Notes: generated by a model from the sequence alone, not told the origin. Positions 1 through 10,479 are shown, counted from the first letter of the stretch. The stretch: 64,000 nt of DNA from Flavobacterium sp. (GCF_965262375.1 NZ_OZ253527.1:1644706-1708705), one strand, 5' to 3'. A program made the numbers and translations.

Positions 1-1389
1 TTAACGGCTTCGGCTACTCCAGAAGTACAACAAGATATTTTAACGAGTTTAGGGTTAGAAAATCCTCAAGTTTTTACCAAATCCTTTGCACGTGCTAATT
101 TAGGGTATCATGTATTAAAATCGGAAGATAAGTTATTTAAAATAAAACAAATTCTTTCTAAAAATCCAGAGCCTTCCATTATTTATGTACGCAATCGAAA
201 GTCTTGTGTCGAATATGCTTCACAGCTTAACGATTTGGGATTTAAGGCGACCTATTATCATGGTGGTTTGCCTCCAAAAGAAAAAGAGGCTAATATGCAA
301 GCTTGGATGAATGAAAGTCGCCCGATAATGATTGCCACCAGTGCTTTTGGGATGGGAATTGATAAACCGAATGTGAAAACGGTTATTCATGTGCAATTGC
401 CTGAAAATCTCGAAAGTTATTATCAAGAGGCGGGGCGAGCAGGACGTAATGGCGAAAAAGCTTTTGCACTTTTACTATCGTCTTCGAATGATGTCTTGCA
501 AGCGGAAGGACAATTTTTGTCGGTATTGCCTGAGGTAGCTTTTTTAAAAGAAATGTATAAAAAGTTGTGTTCTTATTTTCAAGTGCCTTATGGAGAGGGA
601 CTTAATGATGAATTTCCGTTTAGCTTGAATAAATTTTGTGCACATTATAATTTTCCTATTTTAAAAACCTTTAATGCGTTGCAGTTTTTAGACCGTCAAT
701 CGATTATTTCGTTAACTAACGAGCAATCGGAAAAAGTACAATTGCAATTTGTGATTGAGACGCGAGAAGTGATTCGATACATCAGTTTGAATCCAGACGA
801 CGAGGAAATTATTACGACAATATTACGTAGTTATCCTGGAATTTTTGAAGTGGTGACCAATGTGAATACTGTTTTTGTAGCAAAAAGCACTAAAGTTACC
901 GAAGAAAAGGTGATTCAGGTGCTTGAAAAATTACGAGACCGAGGAATCGTGGATATGTTTATCATGCAAAACGAATCGAAACTTACTTTTTTAGAAGTTC
1001 GAGAAGATGAACGTACGATTAATCGAGTAGCAAAGTATTTAGAGAAGCAAAATTTAACCAAGAAAAGTCAATTGGCATCGGTTATCACTTATGTAGCGGA
1101 TGAGGTACAGTGTAAAAGTCGTTTGTTGTTGACTTATTTTGGCGAAAAAGTAGAAAAAGATTGTGGTGCATGCTCGCATTGTTTGAATAAAAATAAAAAT
1201 AAAGAGAATAGCGAAGCGAATCATTTGCATGTGGAACTTTTAAATGTTCTGAAAAAAGCTCCAATGACGTCTCGTGAAATAGCAGCTATTTTTGGAGCAG
1301 ATGAGCATCAATTGTTAGCGGTGTTAAAAAAAATGTTGGAGTACCAAATGGTAACTCTTAATGATAAAAATCAATTTACGATTATATAA
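1..1389 (+). CDS. recQ: RecQ-family ATP-dependent DNA helicase (5'-truncated by window)
   Basis: Frame open from base 1 (LTASAT motif III). ATSAFGMGIDKPNV and YYQEAGRAGR helicase motifs; C-terminal Zn-binding Cys cluster. The ORF-track start at 235 is internal. Confidence 0.93.
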   Translation, partial: LTASATPEVQQDILTSLGLENPQVFTKSFARANLGYHVLKSEDKLFKIKQILSKNPEPSIIYVRNRKSCVEYASQLNDLGFKATYYHGGLPPKEKEANMQAWMNESRPIMIATSAFGMGIDKPNVKTVIHVQLPENLESYYQEAGRAGRNGEKAFALLLSSSNDVLQAEGQFLSVLPEVAFLKEMYKKLCSYFQVPYGEGLNDEFPFSLNKFCAHYNFPILKTFNALQFLDRQSIISLTNEQSEKVQLQFVIETREVIRYISLNPDDEEIITTILRSYPGIFEVVTNVNTVFVAKSTKVTEEKVIQVLEKLRDRGIVDMFIMQNESKLTFLEVREDERTINRVAKYLEKQNLTKKSQLASVITYVADEVQCKSRLLLTYFGEKVEKDCGACSHCLNKNKNKENSEANHLHVELLNVLKKAPMTSREIAAIFGADEHQLLAVLKKMLEYQMVTLNDKNQFTII

Positions 1390-2339
1390 TGAAACCATTA
1401 CGAATAGTTTTTATGGGAACCCCAGAATTTGCAGTGGGGATTTTAGACGCGATTGTTAAAGAAAATAAATATGAAGTAGTAGGGGTGATTACTGCACCTG
1501 ACAAGCCTGCTGGGAGAGGGCAGAAGATTAAGTATTCTGCTGTTAAAGAATATGCTTTAGAAAAAGGTTTGCATTTATTGCAACCTACCAATTTAAAAAA
1601 TGAAGAATTCTTAACGGAGTTGCGTGCTTTACAAGCCAATTTACAAGTGGTGGTTGCCTTTCGTATGTTGCCAGCAGTAGTATGGCAAATGCCTGAATTG
1701 GGGACTTTTAATCTTCATGCTTCTTTATTGCCAGAATATCGCGGGGCTGCGCCTATCAATTGGGCGATTATCAATGGGGAAACTCAGACGGGAGTAACTA
1801 CCTTCTTTATTGATGATAAAATTGATACGGGAGCTATGATTATGAGTAAGTCGATTGCGATTACATCTGATGAAAATGCAGGGGAGTTGCATGATAAATT
1901 AATGCATCTGGGCTGTGAAACTGTCGTAGAAACTTTAGGTTTGATTGCCAATGATAAGGTAGTAACGCAAATACAACAAGATTCTCCAGAAATTAAAACG
2001 GCGTATAAATTAGATAGAGAGAATTGTAAAATTGATTTTACCAAAGGACTTGAGGTTTGTTATAATCTCATTCGAGGCTTGTCACCTTATCCTGCGGCCT
2101 ATTGTTTTTTTAAAGATGGGGAGCAAGAGTGGAATGTGAAAATTTATGAAGCTTTAAAAGTAGAAGAAAGTCACACCTATAAGGTTGGGCAAGTCCTAGC
2201 TACAAAAAAAGAAATTAAAATTGCAGTGGCAGGAGGTTTTCTGAATTTGAAGTCTTTACAGTTCCCAGGTAAGAAAAGGATGACGGCTCAGGAGTTGTTA
2301 AATGGGATGTCTTTTACCACTGAGGCTATTGTTTTTTAA
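1389..2339 (+). CDS. fmt: Methionyl-tRNA formyltransferase
   Basis: RIVFMGTPEFA and NLHASLLPEYRGAAPINWAIING motifs. Confidence 0.97.
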   Translation: MKPLRIVFMGTPEFAVGILDAIVKENKYEVVGVITAPDKPAGRGQKIKYSAVKEYALEKGLHLLQPTNLKNEEFLTELRALQANLQVVVAFRMLPAVVWQMPELGTFNLHASLLPEYRGAAPINWAIINGETQTGVTTFFIDDKIDTGAMIMSKSIAITSDENAGELHDKLMHLGCETVVETLGLIANDKVVTQIQQDSPEIKTAYKLDRENCKIDFTKGLEVCYNLIRGLSPYPAAYCFFKDGEQEWNVKIYEALKVEESHTYKVGQVLATKKEIKIAVAGGFLNLKSLQFPGKKRMTAQELLNGMSFTTEAIVF

Positions 2340-2453
2340 TGGAATAAAATGCTTTTTGTAGAATAAATTCGATATTTTGTCGATATTTTATGAAAAATTA
2401 TGCAAATTTTTATAAAAAAAAGTCTAAACCCTTGTGGAATAAGGAAATCCTTT

Positions 2454-2461
2454 TATATTTG
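2454..2461 (+). promoter_or_regulatory. Bacteroidota -7 promoter box (TATATTTG) upstream of HU gene
   Basis: Matches TAnnTTTG about 45 bp before the ATG. Confidence 0.6.
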
Positions 2462-2506
2462 TGGCACTTAGAATAATATTAACCTATCAATTAATAACTA
2501 ATTATT

Positions 2507-2782
2507 ATGAACAAATCAGATTTAATCGATGCTATGGCTGCTGATGCAGGGATTACAAAAGCTGCTGCTAAGGCTGCGTTAGAGTCATTTTTAAGTAATG
2601 TAGAAGGGACTTTAGCAAAAGGTGGTAAGGTAGCTTTAGTAGGTTTTGGTTCTTGGTCAGTTTCTGAAAGAGCGGCTAGAGAAGGAAGAAACCCACAAAC
2701 TGGTAAAACAATCACTATTGAAGCTAAAAAAGTAGTGAAATTCAAAGCTGGTGCTGAATTAGAAGGTTCTGTTAATAAATAA
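2507..2782 (+). CDS. hup: DNA-binding protein HU
   Basis: MNKSDLI and VALVGFGSWSVSERAAREGRNPQTG signature. Confidence 0.97.
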   Translation: MNKSDLIDAMAADAGITKAAAKAALESFLSNVEGTLAKGGKVALVGFGSWSVSERAAREGRNPQTGKTITIEAKKVVKFKAGAELEGSVNK

Positions 2783-2802
2783 TAGTTCTTCCATATAAAA
2801 AG

Positions 2803-2830
2803 AAAACCGTGTTTAGCACGGTTTTTTTTA
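2803..2830 (+). terminator. Intrinsic terminator after HU
   Basis: AAAACCGTG-loop-CACGGTTTT followed by a T run. Confidence 0.8.
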
Positions 2831-2898
2831 TGTCTTTCAACGATTAAATTTTGAAGTTACTTATATTTTTTGTTAAATTTAGTTAAAAATCAAATATT

Positions 2899-3459
2899 AT
2901 GGTAGCTGTTAAACCTCAAAAAGGGCATTTGTTAATTGCAGAACCCTCTATTATAGGCGATTTGTCTTTTAATCGTTCCGTTGTTTTATTGGCTGACCAT
3001 AATGAAGAAGGTTCAGTAGGTTTTATTTTGAATAAACCCTTGCATTATACCATTCATGATTTGATACCTGAAATATCAGCTTCGTTCAAAATTTATAATG
3101 GAGGCCCTATCGAACAGGATAATCTTTATTTTATTCACAATATTCCGCATTTGATTTCAGGAAGTATTGAAATAGCTTCTGGAATTTATTGGGGAGGTGA
3201 TTTCGAGAAAACAAAAGATTTGATTAATGATGGGAAAATCAATCGTGATAATATTCGTTTCTTTTTAGGGTATTCAGGTTGGGATGCAGAACAGCTACAA
3301 GGTGAGCTCGATTCGCATTCTTGGATTATCTCGGAAAATGACCTGCAATATAAAATTATAGGCAAATCATCTTCCGATTTTTGGAGGCAGAAAATTTTAG
3401 AACAAGGAGGTGATTATCTCATTTGGTCTAATGCTCCTGAAAATCCCATATATAACTAA
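2899..3459 (+). CDS. YqgE/AlgH family protein
   Basis: LLIAEP, FNRSVV, GFILNKP, GGP and FLGYSGW motifs. Confidence 0.92.
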   Translation: MVAVKPQKGHLLIAEPSIIGDLSFNRSVVLLADHNEEGSVGFILNKPLHYTIHDLIPEISASFKIYNGGPIEQDNLYFIHNIPHLISGSIEIASGIYWGGDFEKTKDLINDGKINRDNIRFFLGYSGWDAEQLQGELDSHSWIISENDLQYKIIGKSSSDFWRQKILEQGGDYLIWSNAPENPIYN

Positions 3460-4265
3460 CCGAGTCTAATTTGAGTATTCAGTTTAGTGGTTAGGGTTTT
3501 TGATAAATCTGTTGTAAAGTCCTTTTTACGGTATTTGGTTATGGGTTGTATGCCTGTAATTACATTGGTGATAAAGAGTTCATCCGCTTTTTGTAAATCA
3601 AAAGGGGATATAGAAGCTTCTTTAACTTCAAGGTTTTCAATTGTTTTAGCAATAGTAATTACTTGCTTTCTCATAATCCCATTTAAACAGCCATCACTTA
3701 TTGGAGGAGTAGATAGTACAGCGTCTTTAAGCATGAATAGGTTGCCATTTAAAGCTTCTATTATGTTTTTTTCGTGGTTTAAAAGTAAGCAATTGTTTAG
3801 GTTGTTTTCTTTTGCAAAAATGTTTCCTATTACATTGATTGCTCTATTGGTGCTTTTTAGCGTTGAAAGTAGTTGTTTTGTGATTACAAAATCTTTGTAA
3901 ATATCAACTTCATACGCGGTATCGGTTGTATGGTAAATTGGCGATTCTAATGGAGTAGCTGTTATAAAAAAATCAATTTCGTTGCTGTTAGGCAGATAAA
4001 GACCTCCATTTTTTCTGTAGATGTTAAAACGTACTCTAGCAGAATGGGTTAAATTGTTTTCTTTTACGGTTTCAAGTATTTTATTTTCAAAGTATTCCAA
4101 AGTGAAATCCATGGGGATTTCCATTCTTAGGATACGCATAGAAGCCATCAATCTAAAGTAATGATCTTCGCTAAATAAAACCTTTCCGTCTAAAATTTTA
4201 ATGGTTTCAAAAAGAGCATCTCCGTAAAGGAAGCCTCTGTTTTCTTGTAATATAGTATTTTGCAT
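3456..4265 (-). CDS. Class IV PLP-dependent aminotransferase (aminodeoxychorismate lyase-like)
   Basis: RGFLYGDALFET, HYFRL, LKS and CLNGIMR motifs. Start placed at ATG 4265 because the upstream extension runs through a terminator hairpin. Confidence 0.85.
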   Translation of the reverse strand: MQNTILQENRGFLYGDALFETIKILDGKVLFSEDHYFRLMASMRILRMEIPMDFTLEYFENKILETVKENNLTHSARVRFNIYRKNGGLYLPNSNEIDFFITATPLESPIYHTTDTAYEVDIYKDFVITKQLLSTLKSTNRAINVIGNIFAKENNLNNCLLLNHEKNIIEALNGNLFMLKDAVLSTPPISDGCLNGIMRKQVITIAKTIENLEVKEASISPFDLQKADELFITNVITGIQPITKYRKKDFTTDLSKTLTTKLNTQIRLG

Positions 4266-4311
4266 AAAAAAGTCCCGATAAAATCGGGACAAAGATAGGT
4301 TTTATTCTTTT

Positions 4312-4704
4312 TTAAACAGAGCCAATCACGTGTTTTAAGTCTGAAATTTGATTTTCCCAAAGCATTTTTGCTTCTGGTAAATCATCTTCTTCTGCGAAGT
4401 CAACTACCATTAATGAAACGTCTTTGGTGATGTCATCCTCTAATATGCGTAATTCGAAATAATAATCGGTGTCTTTGTTTTCTTCATCCACCCATTTGAA
4501 TTTTATTTTTTCACCTGTTTTTTTTGAAAAAATTCTTGCTTTTTCTTCAGAATCATCCCATTTGAAAGTAAAAAAATCACCTCTTGAATTTACATTGTTG
4601 GCAAACCATTCTTGTAATCCAGATGGAGTTGAAATGTATTGATATAATAATTGAGGAGAGGAGTGTATGGGGAATTCGAGTTCGTAGCGTATTTTGTTGT
4701 TCAT
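4312..4704 (-). CDS. START-like (SRPBCC) domain protein
   Basis: ELEFPIHSSPQLLYQYISTPSGLQEWFA; typical 130 aa Bacteroidota START-like protein. Confidence 0.8.
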   Translation of the reverse strand: MNNKIRYELEFPIHSSPQLLYQYISTPSGLQEWFANNVNSRGDFFTFKWDDSEEKARIFSKKTGEKIKFKWVDEENKDTDYYFELRILEDDITKDVSLMVVDFAEEDDLPEAKMLWENQISDLKHVIGSV

Positions 4705-4930
4705 GATTGCGATATTTTTTTGAAATATAGATATTTTGTTTAAATAAAAAAATTTTTTCAGGTTTTTTTTTGGCTGTTATTATTTTGTTTGAAAGTTGTA
4801 CCTAGCAGTTTTGTAAAACTGTTGGAGTTTTGTTTTTGTTAATTTATTGTGTGTTAGAGAATTGTGTTTATGTTGGTTTCGGGTTGTGTTTTTTTTTGAA
4901 AAAAAATCTTGTGAAAATAGAATTTAGTGT

Positions 4931-4938
4931 TATCTTTG
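4931..4938 (+). promoter_or_regulatory. -7 promoter box (TATCTTTG) of tRNA gene
   Basis: TAnnTTTG about 40 bp upstream of the tRNA. Confidence 0.65.
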
Positions 4939-4975
4939 CACTCGCAATCACAAAGGATAGCGACCAACATGAAAT

Positions 4976-5049
4976 GGCGAGGTAGCTCAGTTGGTTAGAG
5001 CGCAGGATTCATAACCCTGAGGTCACGGGTTCAACTCCCGTCTTCGCTA
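4976..5049 (+). tRNA. tRNA with CAT anticodon (probably elongator tRNA-Met)
   Basis: Cloverleaf: acceptor GGCGAGG/CTTCGCT, D arm GCTCAGTTGGTTAGAGC, loop TTCATAA, T arm ACGGG-TTCAACT-CCCGT; CCA not encoded. Followed by a terminator hairpin at about 5054-5088. Confidence 0.93.
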
Positions 5050-5174
5050 CAATAAAGCCCGTAACTATTAAGTTGCGGGTTTTTTTATGGCTTATTTAGA
5101 ATGGGTTTAAGTGTTTTAAGCCGTTTTTTTCTTTAATTTTTCTTATTATTGCAAGTGGTTCAATACGGTATAAA

Positions 5175-6686
5175 ATGATCTCCAAACATACGGATTCTGT
5201 TTATTTGAATAAGATTTTAACGAATATTTCAGCTGTTTTTTTTCAGTTTACCATTGATGTTAATCGACAATTAAAGTTTGATTACTTAAGTGGTGATGTG
5301 GAGGCATATTTTGGCGTGGCATTAAAAGAAGCTGAGCAGGATAGTAAGTCAGTTTTTGCGCGTATGATTCATGCTGAGGATCAATCTAAATTTATTGATT
5401 CTGTTGCTAAACTCATGCATGATCAAGGGAAATGGGAATTAGAATTTCGTGTTTTGTCTGAATCAGATGGAGTTAAATGGTATAAGATTGATGCAAATAC
5501 TGAGAAAAATGAACTAGACGGTGTTGCTTTTTTTGGTGTAATCTCTGATATAACGGTTCAAAAGAAATTCGAAGAAGATAGTAGGATTGCTGAATTGAGA
5601 AGCCAGTTTGCTAATCAAGCTTCGGGTATAGGGGTATGGGATTGGAATATGGTTACTAATGAAGTTTTTTATTCTTCTCAGTCTTTAAAAATACTTGAAA
5701 TTGAGAATAATGATCATGACTTGATTGCTAATCCAGAAAAATGGGATGAACTAGTACATCCTGAAGATCGTGAGGTTTATTTTGGAAATATAAAGGAACA
5801 TTTTGAGGGAAGTATTCCGTATTATGAAACGTATCATAGAGTTTTGTGTAATGGACGTTATAAATGGATTCTGGATAGAGGGAAAGTAATTGCTAGAGAT
5901 GCTTTGGGTAATCCTTTGCGAATTATTGGTACACATACCGATGTGACTTCTCAAAAAGAGAAAGAGCAAAAATTGCAAGAAACTTTTGATGTGGTGAATT
6001 GTCAAAAAGGGAAGTTGCTTAATTTTGCTCATATAGTTTCGCATAATTTAAAGAGTCATACTGGGAATTTTTGTATGTTATTATCCTTTCATAAAAATGG
6101 ATATATAACAACGGAAGAAGTGATTAAAAGTTTACAAATTGTATCAACTGAATTGAAAGATACCATTGATAATTTAGTTGAGCTGGTTAATGTCCAAGTT
6201 GATGTAGTTAATGAAAAGCAAGATTTGAATTTGAAGTCTTTTTTGGCAAAGGTGTTGTCTTTGTTAAACGAAGATTTAGTTCGAAATTTGATAGAAGTTG
6301 AGGTTGATGTAAGTGAGGATTTAGAAGTTTCTTTTATTCCGGCTTATTTAGAAAGTGTGGTTTTGAACTTGGCTAGTAATGCTATTAAGTATTCTGATGC
6401 AGATAAAGAAAGGAAGTTTGTTTCTTTTTATATGGAAGATGTTGAAGGGTATGATGTGTTTTGTGTAAAAGATAATGGTTTAGGGATTAATTTAGCTCGA
6501 TTTAAAGAAGCGGTTTTTGGATTGTATAAAACGTTTCATGGTAATAAGGATTCGACAGGTATTGGTTTGTATATTACAAAAAATCAAATAGAGGCTATGG
6601 AAGGAAGAATAGAAGTGGAAAGCGAAGTGGGGGTAGGGTCTGTTTTTAAGGTTTATTTTAAAAAGAAAAGTATTGATTTAGTATAG
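5175..6686 (+). CDS. PAS-domain sensor histidine kinase (orphan)
   Basis: Two PAS/PAC regions (GVWDWN, WDELVHPEDR, RIIGTHTDVT), HisKA SHNLK, HATPase NAIKY, DNGLG and GIGLY. Confidence 0.9.
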   Translation: MISKHTDSVYLNKILTNISAVFFQFTIDVNRQLKFDYLSGDVEAYFGVALKEAEQDSKSVFARMIHAEDQSKFIDSVAKLMHDQGKWELEFRVLSESDGVKWYKIDANTEKNELDGVAFFGVISDITVQKKFEEDSRIAELRSQFANQASGIGVWDWNMVTNEVFYSSQSLKILEIENNDHDLIANPEKWDELVHPEDREVYFGNIKEHFEGSIPYYETYHRVLCNGRYKWILDRGKVIARDALGNPLRIIGTHTDVTSQKEKEQKLQETFDVVNCQKGKLLNFAHIVSHNLKSHTGNFCMLLSFHKNGYITTEEVIKSLQIVSTELKDTIDNLVELVNVQVDVVNEKQDLNLKSFLAKVLSLLNEDLVRNLIEVEVDVSEDLEVSFIPAYLESVVLNLASNAIKYSDADKERKFVSFYMEDVEGYDVFCVKDNGLGINLARFKEAVFGLYKTFHGNKDSTGIGLYITKNQIEAMEGRIEVESEVGVGSVFKVYFKKKSIDLV

Positions 6687-6720
6687 GTTTGGTTTAGAAA
6701 TGATATAAAAAAAAAACACG

Positions 6721-8060
6721 GGTACTATAACAGAAACTGTGTAAGTATAAAAAATAATGGGGTTTTAAAACCCCATTATTTTTTTGTTTAACTTTAATTA
6801 TAACACAGTCTTATGAAAAAAGAAGATTTATTATCGGATGATTTTTTGAAGCAATTCAAAACAGGCGAGGATTTAAACGGATTTCTTGCTCAACTACAAA
6901 AACGTGGATTAGAAGCAATTTTAAATGGTGAATTGGATGCCCATTTGGGTTATGATAAACACGAAAAATCGGCAACATCTAATTCTAGGAACGGATATTC
7001 AACAAAAAAAGTTAAAACCTCTTTTGGAGAATCAGAAATTCAAATTCCTAGAGATCGAGATGCTTCATTCAATCCTATGATTGTTCCTAAAAGGCAAAAT
7101 ATGGTTGATGGTTTAGAAAATGTAATCGTATCATTATACGCCAAAGGGATGAGTGTTAGCGATATTGAAGAACAAATTAAAGAGGTGTATAATTTTGATA
7201 TTTCAACTTCCACCATTTCACGCATAACAGAATCTGTAACTAATGACATTATAGCTTGGCAAAATCGCCCATTAGAGCCTATTTATTTAATTGTTTGGAT
7301 GGATGGCATTGTCTTTAAAGTCCGAGAAAACTCCAAGGTTATCAATAAGACTATTTACTTAGCTGTAGGCTTGAATAGAGACGGCAAAAAAGAAGTTTTG
7401 GGAATGTGGTTAGGTAAGAATGAAAGCGCTAGCTTTTGGTTAGGAGTAATGACTGATTTGAAAGCTCGGGGTGTGGAAGACATTCTCATTACTGCGACTG
7501 ACAACCTCAATGGCTTTACACAAACAATTAAAAATGTGTTCCCTGAATCACAAACTCAAATTTGTGTAGTGCATCAAATTAGAAACTCGGCTCGTTATGT
7601 AGTCTGGAAAGATAAAAAGGAGTTTTCTAAAGATATGAAACAGATTTATGATGCTCCAACCAAACAAGCAGCCAAAGGAGCACTGGAAGATTTTGCAAGC
7701 AAATGGAACCATAAATATCCTTATGCTGTAAAATCTTGGGAAGAAAACTGGGAGGAACTTACTGTGTTTTTTGACTTTCCAATTGAAATTAGAAAAATTA
7801 TTTATACTACAAATCTAATCGAAAATCTCAATGGTAAAATTAGAAAATATACCAAAAATAAATTATCATTCCCAACAGATGAAGCTGTTTTAAAATCAGT
7901 ATATTTGGCACTTAGAGAAGCAACTAAAAAATGGTCAATGCCAATTCCTAATTGGGGATTAATACTAAATCAGTTCTTAACTATATTTGAAAAAAGGGTT
8001 CAACTTTAATAAAAAGTCAAACCCCATTATTATAACTTACACACTTTTTAGGATAGTGTC
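6721..8060 (+). mobile_element. IS256-family insertion sequence
   Basis: Imperfect terminal IRs GGTACTATAACAGAAACTGTGTAAGT and (rc) GACACTATCCTAAAAAGTGTGTAAGT. Flanked by direct repeats GATAT(A)10CACG and GATAT(A)9CACG. Confidence 0.9.
6813..8009 (+). CDS. IS256-family (Mutator-like) DDE transposase
   Basis: [43 protein letters not shown] and YTTNLIE motifs; 398 aa. Confidence 0.96.
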   Translation: MKKEDLLSDDFLKQFKTGEDLNGFLAQLQKRGLEAILNGELDAHLGYDKHEKSATSNSRNGYSTKKVKTSFGESEIQIPRDRDASFNPMIVPKRQNMVDGLENVIVSLYAKGMSVSDIEEQIKEVYNFDISTSTISRITESVTNDIIAWQNRPLEPIYLIVWMDGIVFKVRENSKVINKTIYLAVGLNRDGKKEVLGMWLGKNESASFWLGVMTDLKARGVEDILITATDNLNGFTQTIKNVFPESQTQICVVHQIRNSARYVVWKDKKEFSKDMKQIYDAPTKQAAKGALEDFASKWNHKYPYAVKSWEENWEELTVFFDFPIEIRKIIYTTNLIENLNGKIRKYTKNKLSFPTDEAVLKSVYLALREATKKWSMPIPNWGLILNQFLTIFEKRVQL

Positions 8061-8065
8061 GATAT

Positions 8066-8096
8066 AAAAAAAAACACGCAAATTGCGTGTTTTTTT
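8066..8096. terminator. Bidirectional terminator downstream of rny (IS256 target site)
   Basis: A-run-CACGC-AAATT-GCGTG-T-run. Confidence 0.8.
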
Positions 8097-8111
8097 GTGG
8101 TTTATATTTTG

Positions 8112-9674
8112 TTATTTTGCAATATTAACGGCTCTGGTTTCACGAATTACCGTGATTTTTACCTGTCCTGGATACGTCATTTCTGTTTGAATTTTGTGTG
8201 AAATATCAAAAGATAACTTAGCGGCCATATCGTCGGTTACTTTTTCGCTTTCTACTATCACACGTAGTTCGCGACCAGCTTGGATAGCATAAGCACTCTT
8301 AACACCGCCAAAACCGTAAGCGATATCTTCAAGGTCTTTTAAACGTTGGATATAAGAATCTAATACTTGACGTCTAGCTCCTGGTCTTGCTCCTGAAATA
8401 GCATCGCAAACTTGAATAACTGGAGCGATTAATGATTTCATTTCAATTTCATCGTGGTGTGCCCCGATGGCGTTGCAAACTTCTTCTTTTTCACCATATT
8501 TTTCTGCCCACTGCATTCCTAATAAAGCGTGTGGTAAATCACTTTCAGTTTCAGGTACTTTACCTATATCGTGTAATAAACCAGCTCTCTTAGCTAATTT
8601 AACATTTAAGCCTAATTCTGCTGCCATTATACCACATAGCTTAGCAACTTCACGAGAGTGTTGTAATAAGTTTTGTCCATAAGAAGAACGGTATTTCATA
8701 CGTCCTATAATCTTGATTAACTCAGGGTGTAAACCGTGAATTCCTAAGTCAATTACGGTACGTTTGCCTACTTCAATAATTTCTTCCTCTATTTGTTTAG
8801 TGGTTTTAGCAACAACTTCTTCAATACGCGCTGGGTGAATACGTCCGTCGGTAACTAGTTTGTGTAATGACAAACGAGCAATTTCACGACGTACCGGGTC
8901 AAAACATGAAAGGATAATCGCTTCGGGAGTGTCATCAACAATGATTTCAACACCTGTAGCTGCTTCAATAGCACGGATATTACGTCCTTCACGACCAATA
9001 ATACGACCTTTTACATCGTCAGATTCAATGTTGAATACAGAAACACAGTTCTCTACTGCTTCTTCCGTACCCACTCTTTGAATGGTGTTGATGATGATTT
9101 TTTTAGCTTCTTGTTGTGCCGTTAGCTTAGCCTCTTCGATAGTTTCTTGGATGTGTGCCATAGCGTTAGTTTTAGCTTCAGCTTTTAAGCTTTCAACTAA
9201 TTGTTCCTTAGCTTCTTCGGCAGATAAACCAGAAATAGTTTCTAACTGCTCAACTTGAGCTTTGTGCATTTTTTCTATTTCAGCTGCTTTTTTATCAAGA
9301 GTCTCTACTTTGTTTTCGTATTCTTTGATTTTGTTTTCAGCTTCGTCGTTTAACTTTTTAGTCTTTGCTAATTCATTAGAAACCTGTGATTCTTTATCGC
9401 GAATTCGTTTTTCAACTTCGGCAACTTTGCGATCACGAGTCAAAATTACTTGTTCGTGTTCAGCTTTTAGTTCGATAAATTTTTCTTTAGCTTGAAGAAT
9501 TTTGTCTTTCTTAATATTTTCAGCTTCGGTGTTGGCGTCTTTTAAAATGGAAGAGGCTTCCTTTTTAGCATTTTTAATCAGCGTAGATACATTGGTTTTT
9601 TCAAGATATTTGGCTATCCCAAAACCTCCGGCTACACCTACAATTGCGGCAATAATTATTAATAAAATTTCCAT
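8112..9674 (-). CDS. rny: Ribonuclease Y
   Basis: N-terminal TM, coiled coil, KH ([13 protein letters not shown]) and HD (LLHDIGK) domains. Confidence 0.97.
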   Translation of the reverse strand: MEILLIIIAAIVGVAGGFGIAKYLEKTNVSTLIKNAKKEASSILKDANTEAENIKKDKILQAKEKFIELKAEHEQVILTRDRKVAEVEKRIRDKESQVSNELAKTKKLNDEAENKIKEYENKVETLDKKAAEIEKMHKAQVEQLETISGLSAEEAKEQLVESLKAEAKTNAMAHIQETIEEAKLTAQQEAKKIIINTIQRVGTEEAVENCVSVFNIESDDVKGRIIGREGRNIRAIEAATGVEIIVDDTPEAIILSCFDPVRREIARLSLHKLVTDGRIHPARIEEVVAKTTKQIEEEIIEVGKRTVIDLGIHGLHPELIKIIGRMKYRSSYGQNLLQHSREVAKLCGIMAAELGLNVKLAKRAGLLHDIGKVPETESDLPHALLGMQWAEKYGEKEEVCNAIGAHHDEIEMKSLIAPVIQVCDAISGARPGARRQVLDSYIQRLKDLEDIAYGFGGVKSAYAIQAGRELRVIVESEKVTDDMAAKLSFDISHKIQTEMTYPGQVKITVIRETRAVNIAK

Positions 9675-9704
9675 AGTTTGTGTTAATGGTTATATATAAA
9701 AAAA

Positions 9705-9854
9705 ACCTACATTAGGAGATTGCATAAACTCGAATATGCATGTTTTGGGTTAACTCGATGTTCAAGCTTCCTACTGAAAGGCCTGCTATAGTATCGACGA
9801 TTTGCCCGTTTTAAACGTTAGTGTTGAGTTTATCAAATGGGTACTAATGTAGGT
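9705..9854 (-). ncRNA. ssrS: 6S RNA (Flavobacterial type)
   Basis: Lies between zapA and rny, a known 6S position. Closing stem ACCTACATTAG/CTAATGTAGGT, inner stem ATAAACTC/GAGTTTAT, CTTGAAC motif. Confidence 0.8.
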
Positions 9855-9883
9855 AGTGTTTTAATCTATGTAATGAACGTGAT

Positions 9884-10180
9884 TTATTTTTTTTCGAGAT
9901 AACTGGCTAATAAATGGTCAAGTTTTTCTAGTTTTTTGACTACTTGTTCGTCAGCATTGTGTTTTTCAGACTGTTTGTGTTCCACTTGTGTGGCAAATTG
10001 TAAGGCACACATGGCAAGTAAATCTTGCTTGTCCTTAACCGCATAATTTTGCTCAAACTGCTTGATCATGGTCTCAATTTTTTGAGAAGCAGATCGTAAA
10101 CCTTCCTCTTGTTCGGGGTTTATCGTTAATGGATATTCCCTTTCAGCTATGGTTATATTTATTTTAAGTTTTTCGCTCAT
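9884..10180 (-). CDS. zapA: Cell division protein ZapA
   Basis: KINITIAEREYPLTI and YAVKDKQDLLAMCALQ. Confidence 0.92.
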   Translation of the reverse strand: MSEKLKINITIAEREYPLTINPEQEEGLRSASQKIETMIKQFEQNYAVKDKQDLLAMCALQFATQVEHKQSEKHNADEQVVKKLEKLDHLLASYLEKK

Positions 10181-10188
10181 TATGCTTT

Positions 10189-10479
10189 CTAGTCAGAAAG
10201 TTGTGCTATACAGTAATCAATTTCTTTGATTAAAGCATTTATTTTGAGTTTTGTATCTCTTTTGAATTCCTCACTACCTAAAAGTGAATTTGTAATTTTT
10301 ATTGCTTCTAAATCAGCTTTCAAATGCTTGATTTCGTCATTCTGTCTCTGAATAATTGATTCTGAATACTTAAGTCGTAATCGTAATTCCTGATTGTCCG
10401 CTCGAAGTTCTTCCATCTTTTGGAAAAGCTCCTGTAACTTAAGTTCAAGAGAATCAACTATTCCTCTTATTTCGCTCAT
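10189..10479 (-). CDS. Coiled-coil protein upstream of zapA (ZapB-like)
   Basis: Coiled coil ending KLKINALIKEIDYCIAQLS; typical position before zapA. Confidence 0.75.
   Translation of the reverse strand: MSEIRGIVDSLELKLQELFQKMEELRADNQELRLRLKYSESIIQRQNDEIKHLKADLEAIKITNSLLGSEEFKRDTKLKINALIKEIDYCIAQLSD

Noticed and set aside
4266-4292. Hairpin before the aminotransferase ATG as an attenuator
   Set aside because: It is more simply the terminator of the upstream START-like gene, overlapped by a TATCTTTG promoter box.
4976-8060. tRNA-Met as the integration site of a kinase/IS island
   Set aside because: I found no duplicated tRNA 3' end and no integrase.
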